Source: Candidatus Bathyarchaeota archaeon
GTDB taxonomy: Archaea; Thermoproteota; Bathyarchaeia; TCS64
DNA: 64,000 bases
Assembly (NCBI GenBank): GCA_043826455.1
Contig: JBDRQD010000039.1
Span: 14,242 to 78,241, forward strand
Reading direction: 5' to 3'
Shown one piece after another: positions 46,350 through 56,257 of the stretch (position 1 is the first letter of the stretch; each line of letters starts with the position of its first letter). The position numbers and the translations under genes were made by a program. The notes beneath the pieces were generated by a model that worked only from the letters and a program-made list of their open reading frames with translations, did no database searches and was not told where the DNA came from.

Positions 46350-47372
46350 TTACCGCTTGGCCGCGATACTGGTCTTGAGGCTGCCTATCTTCTCTATCCA
46401 GGCTTCGAGCTTGTCGCCGGGCTTCAGGAACAGCTTGGGGTCTGTCTTGCCGTCCACCATGGGGGTCTGGTCCATGGCTGTGCCGCTGCAGGTTCCTCCG
46501 CAGATTATGTCTCCGGGGTAGAAGACCATGTCTCTGGTGAGGTGGCTGAGCCACCAGTCGTAGCCTCTGATGATGCTCTCCATTGTGCCGTCCTGGCGTA
46601 GCTCTCCGTTGACCCACTGCTTAATCCGCAGCTTGTAGGGGTCACCGATCTCGTCGGCCGTCACGATGCAGGGGCCCATGGGGGCGCATCCGTCGAAGTT
46701 CTTGGCGTAGAACAGGCCGTCCGGTCCGGGTCTCCTGCCTCCGTCTCTGATGCTGAGGTCGTTGACGATGGTGTACCCGTAGATGATGCTCACGGCGTCT
46801 TTCTCGGCCACGTCCTTGCACTGTTTGCCGATGACGGCTGCTAGCTCCACCTCGTAGTCGAGGCGCTGGGTCCTGCTTGGGTAGGGGGTCTCCCCGCCTG
46901 GGCCTATGACGCATCCGGCGTGTTTCCAGAAGCCCCAGGCCGGGTACTCACCCTTCTCTACCTGTTTCTTGAGGTCCTCGATGGTGGTCGTGGTGTCGCC
47001 GCGTAGGGTCTTGGCTGCGTCCAGGCTGTGGTCGTAGAAGTTGGCTCCGGCCATGGCTATCTTGGTGGCTTTGCTGGGCAGGGGGGCGTGGAGTTTGACC
47101 TCCTCACCTGAGTAGTGGAGCTTCTCGCCTCTGGGCCCTTGCTTGTTGCCTGCCTTGACGTGGGCCACGGCTTTCTTTGCTTCGTCCAGCCCCTTCTTGC
47201 CTTCCTGGATGAAGGCCAGGAGGTCTGCGGGTACTGTGGCGTCCGCCTTGGCTTGTGGCCGGGGTTCTCCTCGGCTCTTGAGGTAGGCTGCGTAGGCGTG
47301 GTTGAGGTCTGTGACTGTTCCGTCTTCCTGGAGGGCTCCGAGCCTCCCGGTGTTGTATGTGACTAGTTTCAT
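46350..47372 (-). CDS. Fumarylacetoacetate hydrolase family protein
   Basis: DYEVEL, GYTIVND.S.RD, KNFD and PGDII..GT. Confidence 0.92.
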   Translation of the reverse strand: MKLVTYNTGRLGALQEDGTVTDLNHAYAAYLKSRGEPRPQAKADATVPADLLAFIQEGKKGLDEAKKAVAHVKAGNKQGPRGEKLHYSGEEVKLHAPLPSKATKIAMAGANFYDHSLDAAKTLRGDTTTTIEDLKKQVEKGEYPAWGFWKHAGCVIGPGGETPYPSRTQRLDYEVELAAVIGKQCKDVAEKDAVSIIYGYTIVNDLSIRDGGRRPGPDGLFYAKNFDGCAPMGPCIVTADEIGDPYKLRIKQWVNGELRQDGTMESIIRGYDWWLSHLTRDMVFYPGDIICGGTCSGTAMDQTPMVDGKTDPKLFLKPGDKLEAWIEKIGSLKTSIAAKR

Positions 47373-47375
47373 GGA

Positions 47376-47640
47376 TTGATGATGGTGGGTTTTGTGTTTA
47401 AAGACATTGGGGTGGTTTGTGTGTGTGCACGTGGGGGGGGGGGAGGGGGGGTCCCATCACCGCCACCGCGGTTCCCGGTTTTCAGGCTTGTTTACTTGAT
47501 CGGAGGCTTTTTCAGGGTTTCTAGGCGGTGGTGGTGGTGGGTGATGTCCGCCGCGGGGCGTCAGTTGTTCAACAATGGCTTGACTGCTGTGTGGAAGCGT
47601 GTGATTTGAGGCGGGGCTGTTTTTCTGGAAGCTGTCAAGG
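47376..47640. other. G/T-rich tract with TTGTGTGTGTGCA-CGT-G11AG7
   Basis: Inverted counterpart of the 13-mer at 36990-37002. Confidence 0.75.
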
Positions 47641-47644
47641 CTGA

Positions 47645-48880
47645 TCATTTGCCTGGCGGGTTAGGCGTGGTGACGGTCATCTCTGCCTCAAGATTCTCGG
47701 GGACCCTGGAGAGTATCAGGAGGCCGGCGAGCACCAGGAGCGAGGAGAGGGCCGCGCTGGTCAGTAGGCTGGCGGCGTCACCCAGGTAGCCTCCCAGGAG
47801 GGGCCCGAAGGCCCAGGACAGCCCGTTGATGAACGAGAAGTAGCCGGCGTAGACGCCTCTTCTCCCGGGGATGAGGTTCATCTGCCACGCGAACCACGCC
47901 GAGTTGATGAAGGCCCAGTAGGCTCCGCTGAGGAGGTACACCGGCACTAGGTAGGTTACTTCGGGGGCCAACGTGAAGACCAGGGGGTGCATGGCCGCCA
48001 GGAGGAAGCCTATCAGCATCACTCTTTTAGGCCCATCCCTGTCCACGATCACTCCGAGGGGCGGAGTCCCAAGGAGTCTGATCAGGAAGGCCACGCTGTT
48101 CAGGGCCCCTATCTGGGGCTTTGAAGCGTTCAGCACGTTGACTAGGTACAGGGTGAGTATGGGGCCGAACATGGCGATGCCGAAGCCTCTGACGCTGATG
48201 CCGACGCACCACCTGGTGTAGGGGCCGCCTTCTCTGCTAACCTTGGGCAGCTCCCTCAACCCGGTCTTCAGCTCTTGGAAGGCCATCTTGATGAGGTCTA
48301 CGTAGCCGATGTCCTTTTCCTGGGGGGTCGAGAGCCCGAGCCTTATCAACCCGGCTATGATAAGGTTGAGGACGGTGTAGCTCAGGAAGATGTACTTGTA
48401 GCCTATAGATGGGATGAAAATCCCTGCGAGGAAGCTTCCGACGATGTTTCCCGCGAACCCCATGGGGTTGTAGATGCCCATGAATCGGGCTCTTCTCGAA
48501 GGCTCCAGGACCTCCGCGAATCTCACAGTGATGATGACCTCGGATATGGAGCCTAGTAAGGCCTGGGCTGAGGTGGCTAGGATCACCTGCCAAGGATTTG
48601 TTGATAGTATCACAGGGACGCTGAATATCGCTGTGAACAGGAACCCGGTGGACACCATCTTCCAGGTGGTGCCGATCCTGTCCCCTAACCGGCCCCACGC
48701 GAGCTGCATGAAGGTGGAGGCTAGACCGGGGACGAAGGCAAGGAGACCCACATGGAAGGCTGTTCCTCCCAGGTCTAGTAGGAACACTGAGAGGAAGGCC
48801 CAAACCCCGTTTACTATCCCATGGATGAAGCTGTAGCTCAGAAGAATCGATGAGTATGTGCCGTTTCTTTCCTTGAACAA
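47645..48880 (-). CDS. MFS transporter
   Basis: WGRLGDRIG, G.IVDRDGPK and GPLLGG. Confidence 0.9.
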   Translation of the reverse strand: MFKERNGTYSSILLSYSFIHGIVNGVWAFLSVFLLDLGGTAFHVGLLAFVPGLASTFMQLAWGRLGDRIGTTWKMVSTGFLFTAIFSVPVILSTNPWQVILATSAQALLGSISEVIITVRFAEVLEPSRRARFMGIYNPMGFAGNIVGSFLAGIFIPSIGYKYIFLSYTVLNLIIAGLIRLGLSTPQEKDIGYVDLIKMAFQELKTGLRELPKVSREGGPYTRWCVGISVRGFGIAMFGPILTLYLVNVLNASKPQIGALNSVAFLIRLLGTPPLGVIVDRDGPKRVMLIGFLLAAMHPLVFTLAPEVTYLVPVYLLSGAYWAFINSAWFAWQMNLIPGRRGVYAGYFSFINGLSWAFGPLLGGYLGDAASLLTSAALSSLLVLAGLLILSRVPENLEAEMTVTTPNPPGK

Positions 48881-49105
48881 GCCTGGTTATACGCCTTCAA
48901 ATATATTTATTGGCTTTGATGAGCGAAGACAGTTTATTAAGCATTATTGACCAGTAATTTAACAATACAAATACAATTCGCAGCTTTTTGAAGCGCATAT
49001 ATTAACATCATTATTTCATGGGTATGTACTCTACTTAGAAAGGATAGAAGGAATTAAATCCTCTAATTGATCTGCTTCTCCCATTCCTGAAAGGAGACAA
49101 GAGTC

Positions 49106-49906
49106 TTGGAGGTACGATTTCACGGCAGAGGCGGGCAGGGCGCCGTCACAGGCGTCAGGATACTCGCCACTGCGCTGTACTATGAGGGCAAGTTCACCCA
49201 GGGCATCCCCATGTACGGGACCGAGAGGCGCGGCGCCCCAGTGGTGAGCTTCCTCCGCGTCGGCGACAGCAGGATCAACGAGAGGGACCTGGTCCACGAG
49301 CCCGATATGGTGGTGGTCCTTGACCCCCTTCTGGGCAGGACAGTCCCGGTCACGGATGGCCTGAAGAAAGGCGGCCTGGTCCTCATCAACCACCCTAAGA
49401 GCGGCACTGAGACGGGCCTTGGAGGAAAATTCAGGGTAGCCACGGTAGACGCCACTAAGGTCGCCATGGAGGAGATCGGGCGCCCCATCACCAACACAGC
49501 CATCCTGGGCGCCTTCGCCAAGGTCACGGGCATCGTCAGCCTGGATTCCATAGAGAAGGCCATAAAAGAGCAGTGGAGCGGCCGAATAGCCGACATGAAC
49601 ATCAGGGCCGTGCGGAAGGCCTACGACCAAGCCTCTGAGCCAGTGGACGTCTCCGGCGTCAAACCCATGGAGGTCGTCAAGCCTACGCCCGGGGACAGGG
49701 ACGTCTCCAGTTGGAGGCTGTTCAGGCCAGCGCTGGACAAAGACAAGTGCATCGGCTGCTGCCGCTGCTACATCCTGTGCCCCGAAGTGGCCATCAGTAT
49801 GGTGGACAAGAAAGCCGACATCAACTATAGACACTGCAAAGGCTGCGGCATCTGTGTGGAGGAGTGCCCCGTGAAGGCAATAGAGTTCGTTCAGGAGACC
49901 ATCTAG
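49106..49906 (+). CDS. 2-oxoacid:ferredoxin oxidoreductase, fused gamma-delta subunit
   Basis: HGRGGQG and YG.ERRGAPV, plus two C-terminal CxxCxxCxxxCP motifs. Confidence 0.92.
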   Translation: MEVRFHGRGGQGAVTGVRILATALYYEGKFTQGIPMYGTERRGAPVVSFLRVGDSRINERDLVHEPDMVVVLDPLLGRTVPVTDGLKKGGLVLINHPKSGTETGLGGKFRVATVDATKVAMEEIGRPITNTAILGAFAKVTGIVSLDSIEKAIKEQWSGRIADMNIRAVRKAYDQASEPVDVSGVKPMEVVKPTPGDRDVSSWRLFRPALDKDKCIGCCRCYILCPEVAISMVDKKADINYRHCKGCGICVEECPVKAIEFVQETI

Positions 49907-49918
49907 GAGGAGAAATGA

Positions 49919-51094
49919 ATGGCAAAGTTTGAGGTAATGGTCGGAAACAAGGCTGTGGCCTACGCTGCCAAGTTGGCCCGCGTCAAGTACATCAGCTCCT
50001 TCCCCATCACTCCCCAGACAACCATCGTCCAGTATCTGGCTGACATGATAGCCAACGGTGAGCTGGACGCAGACTACGTCACTATGGAGGGGGAGCTCAG
50101 CTGCCAGAGCAGCGCCATGACCGCGGCCACAACGGTCCGCAGCTTCACTGCCACCAGCGGCCCCGGGCTCCTCTACATGCACCACCCCATGCACATGACT
50201 ACATGGGCCAGGTTGCCTCTGGTCATGGCCGTGGTTCACAGGAGCACCAAGGGAATGCAGCCCGACCAGATGGACACCATGAGTCAGAGGGACACGGGCT
50301 GGCTCATGTTCGAGTGCCAGAACAGCCAGGAGCTCCTGGACACCGGCATCATGGCCTTCAAGATCGCCGAGGACGAGAGGGTCCGGCTCCCTACCATCTT
50401 CATGGGGGACGGGTATATCCTCAGCTACACCTCCGAGCCTGTGGAGATACCCGCCCAGGAGGAGGTGGACGCGTTCCTTCCACCCTACAAGAGGCCCTAC
50501 CCCATGTTCCCTGAGGAGGCGAAGGAGGCCATGGCCCTAATGTCTCAGATGTGGAACCCCTTTGTGGACCCCCAGAACGTGTGGAAGCTGCAGCAGGAGG
50601 CAGCCATGAACGCCAAGACGGTCATCAGGGAGGTGAACGCCGATTTCGAGAAGTGGTTCGGCAGAAGCTACGGCAACGGCCTCGTGGAGGAGTACAAGTG
50701 TGAGAACGTGGACGCCGTCGTGGTCGCCATGGGCACCATAGCGTCCACGGCCAAGACGGCCATCGACCAGCTCCAGAGGGACGGCAAGAAGGTAGGCCTG
50801 GTGGCCATCAAGAGCTTCAAGCCCTTCCCCGATGATGACTTCCAGAGAATCGGCGCGGAGGTGAAGGCCATGGGGGTCATCGACAGGAACGTTAGCACAG
50901 GAACCCTCGGTGGCATCACCTTCACTGAGCTGAGGCACAGCCTATACGACCTGGACGAACGGCCCAGGACCCTCAACTTCCACGCCGGGATGAGGGGCAA
51001 GGAGGTCCGCGTCGAGGACATCAAACGCATGGCCGAGAAGACGCTGAAGGCGGCCAGGGGGGAGAAGGTGACCCCGCTGGTGGAGTGGGCGTAG
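49919..51094 (+). CDS. 2-oxoacid:ferredoxin oxidoreductase alpha subunit (PorA-like)
   Basis: FPITPQT, TATSGPG, RDTGW and F.PFP. Confidence 0.92.
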   Translation: MAKFEVMVGNKAVAYAAKLARVKYISSFPITPQTTIVQYLADMIANGELDADYVTMEGELSCQSSAMTAATTVRSFTATSGPGLLYMHHPMHMTTWARLPLVMAVVHRSTKGMQPDQMDTMSQRDTGWLMFECQNSQELLDTGIMAFKIAEDERVRLPTIFMGDGYILSYTSEPVEIPAQEEVDAFLPPYKRPYPMFPEEAKEAMALMSQMWNPFVDPQNVWKLQQEAAMNAKTVIREVNADFEKWFGRSYGNGLVEEYKCENVDAVVVAMGTIASTAKTAIDQLQRDGKKVGLVAIKSFKPFPDDDFQRIGAEVKAMGVIDRNVSTGTLGGITFTELRHSLYDLDERPRTLNFHAGMRGKEVRVEDIKRMAEKTLKAARGEKVTPLVEWA

Positions 51095-51103
51095 GAGGAA
51101 TGG

Positions 51104-52000
51104 ATGATGAGTAAACCAGTACCACTGAGCAAGCTGGACGACAAGGAGTTCATACTGCCGGCCAACAGCGCCTGCCAGGGATGCGCGGGCAGCATAGTGG
51201 CCCGCATCGTCAGCAAGATCATAGGAGAGGACATGGTCCGGCAGGAGGTAGCCTGCTGTGGCCCAGCCTTCGGAAACATAACCCAGCCAGTGTTCTACGG
51301 CGAGGTCTTTGAGGGCGCGGGGGCCATGATGACGGGCTTCGCCCGGGCCTTCAACAAGCTGGGCCGGGACGACATACGCGTCACAGGCATCATAGGCGAC
51401 GGGGGCACCATAGACATTGGGTTCCAAGGACTCTCAGCCTCGGCTGAGCGCAACGAGGACATGCTGTGGGTCTGCTACGACAACGAGGCTTACATGAATA
51501 CGGGCGGCCAGAGAAGCAGCGCCACCACCAAGTACGCCGAGACAACGACCACCCCCGTGGGCGAGTTCAGCCGCGGAAAGAAGGAGAGGAAGAAGCCCCT
51601 GCCCATACTGGTGGGCGTACACCGAGTACCCTACATGGCCACGGCGTCCGTCGCCTACCCCGAGGACTTCATCGGCAAGCTCCAGTACGCCAAACCGGTC
51701 AAGGGCTTCAGGTTCATCCAGGTGAGCGCCCCCTGCCCCACAGGCTGGAGGTTCGACCCCCAGTACAGCGTCAAGGTGGCCAAGGACATGGTCCTAAGCG
51801 GCCTCTGGCCCCTATACGAGGTAGTGGAGGGGAGCCTGAGGATCAGCTACAAGCCCAAGGAGCTGAAGCCGGTGAAGGACGTGCTGAGGAGTCAGGGAAG
51901 GTTCCGCCACATCACCGACGAGGAGGTGGACGAGATCCAGGCCGAGGTGGACGAGTTCTGGGGCCGCCTGCTGGAGAAGGATGGGGGCCCCCTCTTCTAA
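51104..52000 (+). CDS. 2-oxoacid:ferredoxin oxidoreductase beta subunit (PorB-like)
   Basis: CQGC, GDGG..DIG, DNEAYMNTG.Q and PCPTGW. Confidence 0.93.
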   Translation: MMSKPVPLSKLDDKEFILPANSACQGCAGSIVARIVSKIIGEDMVRQEVACCGPAFGNITQPVFYGEVFEGAGAMMTGFARAFNKLGRDDIRVTGIIGDGGTIDIGFQGLSASAERNEDMLWVCYDNEAYMNTGGQRSSATTKYAETTTTPVGEFSRGKKERKKPLPILVGVHRVPYMATASVAYPEDFIGKLQYAKPVKGFRFIQVSAPCPTGWRFDPQYSVKVAKDMVLSGLWPLYEVVEGSLRISYKPKELKPVKDVLRSQGRFRHITDEEVDEIQAEVDEFWGRLLEKDGGPLF

Positions 52001-52012
52001 CATTCTTTTAAA

Positions 52013-52357
52013 CTAGGTCTTAGCCAGCTCCGTGACTTCCAGGTAGAAGGAGTCCAGGGCATCGTAGATCCTGTGGTCCGATATGCTGTAGAATCTGCGC
52101 CTACCATCGCGTCTAACCTTCAGAAGGCCCGCCTCCTCCAGAAGCAGCAGGTGGGTGGAGACTGTGGGCTGAAGTATGTCGAAGTGGGGCAGGAGGTCCG
52201 AGACGCACTTCTCCCCGTCCCTCAGCAGGTGCAGGATCTTCTGCCTGTTCCTGTCCCCGAAGGCCTTGAAGAGCTCTGAGCGTCTCTCCAGCTCAGCCTC
52301 GACGCCGGGCTCATGGATCTGAGCCTCCTCCAGCTCCGCGTACTCGTGGGATATCAA
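52013..52357 (-). CDS. ArsR/SmtB family regulator
   Basis: FKAFGD.NR..IL, CV, QPTVS.HL and G..R.Y. Confidence 0.9.
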   Translation of the reverse strand: MISHEYAELEEAQIHEPGVEAELERRSELFKAFGDRNRQKILHLLRDGEKCVSDLLPHFDILQPTVSTHLLLLEEAGLLKVRRDGRRRFYSISDHRIYDALDSFYLEVTELAKT

Positions 52358-52516
52358 ATGTGGTTGCCTCCGATCCCATTGGAAGCGGTTATGCTGCGGC
52401 GTGTAAATGTGGCTCTTGTTGAATCCATCGATCTCCCTCCGGGTGGCTGCTTCGACCTAGGTGGTCTTGTGACATAATATTATGTATGTGATGTTTTGTT
52501 ACGTACAGGGGGCTGG

Positions 52517-52594
52517 TGGTGGGCCCGATGAGATTTGAACTCATGATCTTCTGATTATCAGTCAGACGCCTTAACCGTTCTAGGCCACGGGCCC
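52517..52594 (-). tRNA. tRNA-Ile (GAT)
   Basis: Acceptor GGGCCCG/CGGGCCC-ACCA, anticodon arm TCTGA-CT-GAT-AA-TCAGA, T arm ATGAG-TTCAAAT-CTCAT. Confidence 0.96.
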
Positions 52595-52657
52595 GTGCAA
52601 CAGATTGATGCAGCACCTCTGTTAAAAATTTAACTCATGGTCGTCCGCTGGGTGGCG

Positions 52658-53491
52658 CTACCGGGTTGAGCCGCCCTGCCGGGTTAACGCGATGCAGGTT
52701 AAGGCTATGACTCCGGCTACAGCTGCCAGGTTGTGGTAGTTGACGGTGTTGGGCTCCAGGGTGCCTCCGACGGGAGTTCTCCTGGTCTCAGGCTCGGTGG
52801 CGAGGGTGATGGCTACCCTGTTCTCAAGCCTCTTGCCCTGGCTGTCGTCGTAGAGGCCCACGTAGAGGAGGTCCTTGGTCTGCGCAGGGTTTCCGGCGCC
52901 GACGGTGTCCCCTGGCCCAAGCTTCCAGTCGTACCCGTCCCCGCTGTCCAGGGTCTTCACTATCTCGAACCAGTAGAAGAGGCTGTCATAGTATCCTCCC
53001 CCTTTCACGTTGTTTTGTCCTCCCGGGGCAAGTGTGTCCTGGGTCCAGGTCAGTCCGTTGTAGCCGTGGAGGTCCCTGGGTGATCCCAGCTGGTATGCCC
53101 ACCCTGCGTCGCTCTTGTCCCAGTTCTCGGTGGCTTCGTCGGCCCAGAGGTAGTAGATGAAGGACTGGTCCTCGGCGTCGTACTGTAGCGACTTGAAGTG
53201 CTCTATTTTCAGCAGTATGTATAGCGTGGTGTGGTCGTTTTTCACCCATATCCATGTCCTCAGGTAGGGTGGGCTTTTCCCTCCGTTGAGGCCTAAGATG
53301 ATCTCTGTTTTTTGGGCGTCGCTCCATTCTAATTGGTTGGTTATCTCGCCGTCTGGGGCGACGGGGTTGATCAGCCACCGGCTTTGGATGCTTGCAACCG
53401 CGGCATGGGTTGTGGGTGTTATCGCGTTTAGGTATGTGAGTAACAGCAGTGCCAATATGTTTGCAGTAATTTTTCTTGGGCGCATATTCAA
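52658..53491 (-). CDS. Secreted DOMON/CBM9-like protein with C-terminal PVGG-TM anchor
   Basis: Signal peptide, P..DG....EW.DA, KND...LYI, YWFEI.K.L and terminal PVGG + TM + R. Confidence 0.65.
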   Translation of the reverse strand: MNMRPRKITANILALLLLTYLNAITPTTHAAVASIQSRWLINPVAPDGEITNQLEWSDAQKTEIILGLNGGKSPPYLRTWIWVKNDHTTLYILLKIEHFKSLQYDAEDQSFIYYLWADEATENWDKSDAGWAYQLGSPRDLHGYNGLTWTQDTLAPGGQNNVKGGGYYDSLFYWFEIVKTLDSGDGYDWKLGPGDTVGAGNPAQTKDLLYVGLYDDSQGKRLENRVAITLATEPETRRTPVGGTLEPNTVNYHNLAAVAGVIALTCIALTRQGGSTR

Positions 53492-53706
53492 CTAACTGTA
53501 TTTTTTATCCTTGTAATACGTGTCTAACCGTTTCTTCTTTATTCTGGTCACTCTTTTTTTGTGTTATTAGGATCCCCTGTCTCCATGAAATCTGATTTCT
53601 AGGTAGGAGCCTCACACACTGTTTTATTAATACATATTCTAAAAAATCCTAAAATATATTAAGATATGGTAAACTATCTTTGGATGTAGTTTCATATTTT
53701 TAAGAC

Positions 53707-53865
53707 CTAAAATTTGAGCTGTATGTCATGTCGCTGTATCCACTCTCTGATGGCTTGCTCTCCAGCAATGCTCAGCGCTCCCTTCTTATCTCCGAATAAC
53801 CTGGAAATTACTTCTCTAAACTTTTTATCCGTCGCGTCGTCCAAAGTAAGTAATATCTTACCCAT
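53707..53865 (-). CDS. Ribbon-helix-helix DNA-binding protein (52 aa)
   Basis: MGKILLTLDD..KKFR..KKGALS.A.EQAIREW. Confidence 0.75.
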   Translation of the reverse strand: MGKILLTLDDATDKKFREVISRLFGDKKGALSIAGEQAIREWIQRHDIQLKF

Positions 53866-54230
53866 ATCAAAAAACATCTTAACATATCTATATAAGTTTT
53901 TAGATAACCACGACATAGTAACGATATTCATGGATATTAAACTGTGGCGGCACCATCAACATGCCTTCCAGATACATCCGATGAAACAAGGTCAAAACAA
54001 CTTAACGTGTCCAAAATATTGCTGTTCTCACCGCAAAAATTAAGACGATTAATTCAGTTACTGAAAGTTACCTAGTCACTATAAAAGCATAACCCCCACA
54101 CAATATATACCAATAAATACCATCCCCGCCATCGTACATGAACCCTGTTAAATAACCTAATACCTGATCATCTCTTCATAATTACTTTAACACCACACGC
54201 ACGTAGAACATCAAAACAGGTGTGTCCTAG

Positions 54231-56213
54231 ATGCATCCAAGGGTGGGCCTCAGGAAAAGCTACTTCTACATGCTGATATTGATCACCCACCTCCTCACAA
54301 TCCCCACTGCGGCGTCCATCCCGGACTACGTCTACAGCGGCCAGTTCATCAACGTGCCCCGCCTAGGCTGGCCCATCAAGATACCCCTCAACTACACCCT
54401 CCCAGGCGACGTGATGACCTACAACTACACCCTCGAGGGAGGCCACACCTACCACGCTTACCTCATCGGGGAGTTCGTCAACCTGACGACACACCAGACC
54501 GACTACGACGTGTTCCTCTACAGGGAGACCCTTACAGGCTACAAGTACCTGTCCAGTCACACAGAGGCCGCCGGGTACCCTGAGCAGGTGAGCAACGACG
54601 GCAGAGGCCAGTACTTCACGCCCACGGTGTCCGGCAACTACTACTTCGCCGTGAGGAACGACCCCGTGGAGAGCAACAGCTCCGAGGAGGCCCTCCTCAT
54701 GGTGGTGGAGCACCTCGAGCTCAACAAGTGGTACTCCAGGTACCTCCGGGAACCCGACGAGTACGGGTTACCCAGGTACGACACCGGCTGGGTGTACGAG
54801 TTCAGGTCCAGCGACCCCAGGCTGAGGATCGAGGTGGAGGTGCCTGACACACTGGACATGTACGAGGCCAGGCTATACATAGTCGGACACCCGAGCAAGG
54901 ACGTAGGGCTCCTCATCAAGGGCGCCCCGGCCCCCTGGTGGCAAGGACTCAACGGCACCCTGGACGGCGTATACGGTGGCTGCAACGACGACCCCCAGGG
55001 CTTCAGGCACCTGGACATGTCTGACAGCTGCGAGACCGGCGGCGAGGACATGCTCATAGACTACAGCCCCAAGCTGAAAGGCGAGCTCCTCTACCACCTG
55101 GTGCTCCTGCCCGAGTACGGCAACGGCACCATCCGGGTCAGGGTTCAAACAGATTATACGCCACCCGTCATCACCCTTGTGAACACCGTCGATGAGGTGA
55201 ACAGCGGCGAGAAGACCCCGGTCCTGTGCAGGATCGAGGACCGTTCTCCCCTGTCCTCCGTCAGCCTCCTGTACACAGTGGACGGCAGGAACTGGAGGGA
55301 GGCCCCATACACCTCAGTGGGCGAGTACTATAATGGCACCATCCCGAGCCAGGGCCCCGGGACAGTGGTGACCTACAAGTGGGTGGCCGTGGACTCCTTG
55401 GGTAACAGCGCGTCCAGTTCCAGCCAGTTCAAGGTCATGATGAGCACCTCCATAAAGATCAACGTGGACAAGGACAGGGTCCGGGGCGGCGACTATGTCA
55501 TACTGTCGGGGGAGATGAGCCTGCCCGACACCAAGCTCCAGGTCTACTACAAGAGGGACGGCGTCACCAAGTTCACCGTTACCACGGATAAGTACGGCCT
55601 GTTCAGCCACATCTTCATACCCAACAAGCTGGGGGCCTGGGAGGTTTATGCTGAGTACGGCGGCGACTCGTCTTACAGGTCCAGCGTCTCCAAAGTGAAG
55701 ACCTTCACGGTGGAGAGGAAGCCCACCTCGGTCACCCTGAACATCAGCGAGCCGGTCATCGGCCTGGGCAGCTCCGTGAACCTGACGGGCAGGTTCAGCG
55801 AGGCCAGGGCCGGGTACGAGGTGGTGATCGACGCCAGGTGCAGCGGCAACCAGACCACGCTGCTGGCTCTGACTGACAACGATGGCGTCTACAGGACTGT
55901 GTTCACTCCGGGTACTCAGGGTGAGTGGACGCTGCAGGCGGTGGTGGATGCTGATGGCATCTACACTGATGGGTCTAGGAGCAGCTTCGAGAAGCTGCAG
56001 GTGGGTGGTCCGACGATAGCCAAGAGGGTGGACGCCTTGAAGTCCACTGCCATGAAGCCGCCCTACGTGTATGCACTTGGCGCCATCTTGGGTGGCTCTG
56101 TCGGCGGTGGCCTGTACTTGGCCCGGAAGAGGGGTTTGATCTTCAAGAAGAAGGAGGCTGAGCCTGTCCCTGAGGAGAACCCGGATGAGGACGACTTCGA
56201 CTTCGAGCTTTAA
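54231..56213 (+). CDS. Membrane-anchored multi-beta-sandwich (Ig-like) surface protein
   Basis: Signal peptide; DYTPP..Y...A.DSLGN Ig module; two Big-like repeats; C-terminal TM with basic then acidic tail. Confidence 0.8.
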   Translation: MHPRVGLRKSYFYMLILITHLLTIPTAASIPDYVYSGQFINVPRLGWPIKIPLNYTLPGDVMTYNYTLEGGHTYHAYLIGEFVNLTTHQTDYDVFLYRETLTGYKYLSSHTEAAGYPEQVSNDGRGQYFTPTVSGNYYFAVRNDPVESNSSEEALLMVVEHLELNKWYSRYLREPDEYGLPRYDTGWVYEFRSSDPRLRIEVEVPDTLDMYEARLYIVGHPSKDVGLLIKGAPAPWWQGLNGTLDGVYGGCNDDPQGFRHLDMSDSCETGGEDMLIDYSPKLKGELLYHLVLLPEYGNGTIRVRVQTDYTPPVITLVNTVDEVNSGEKTPVLCRIEDRSPLSSVSLLYTVDGRNWREAPYTSVGEYYNGTIPSQGPGTVVTYKWVAVDSLGNSASSSSQFKVMMSTSIKINVDKDRVRGGDYVILSGEMSLPDTKLQVYYKRDGVTKFTVTTDKYGLFSHIFIPNKLGAWEVYAEYGGDSSYRSSVSKVKTFTVERKPTSVTLNISEPVIGLGSSVNLTGRFSEARAGYEVVIDARCSGNQTTLLALTDNDGVYRTVFTPGTQGEWTLQAVVDADGIYTDGSRSSFEKLQVGGPTIAKRVDALKSTAMKPPYVYALGAILGGSVGGGLYLARKRGLIFKKKEAEPVPEENPDEDDFDFEL

Positions 56214-56257
56214 CCAGTTTTATTTCTGTTAAATGAAGTGTTGGTGGTTTTATTTTT

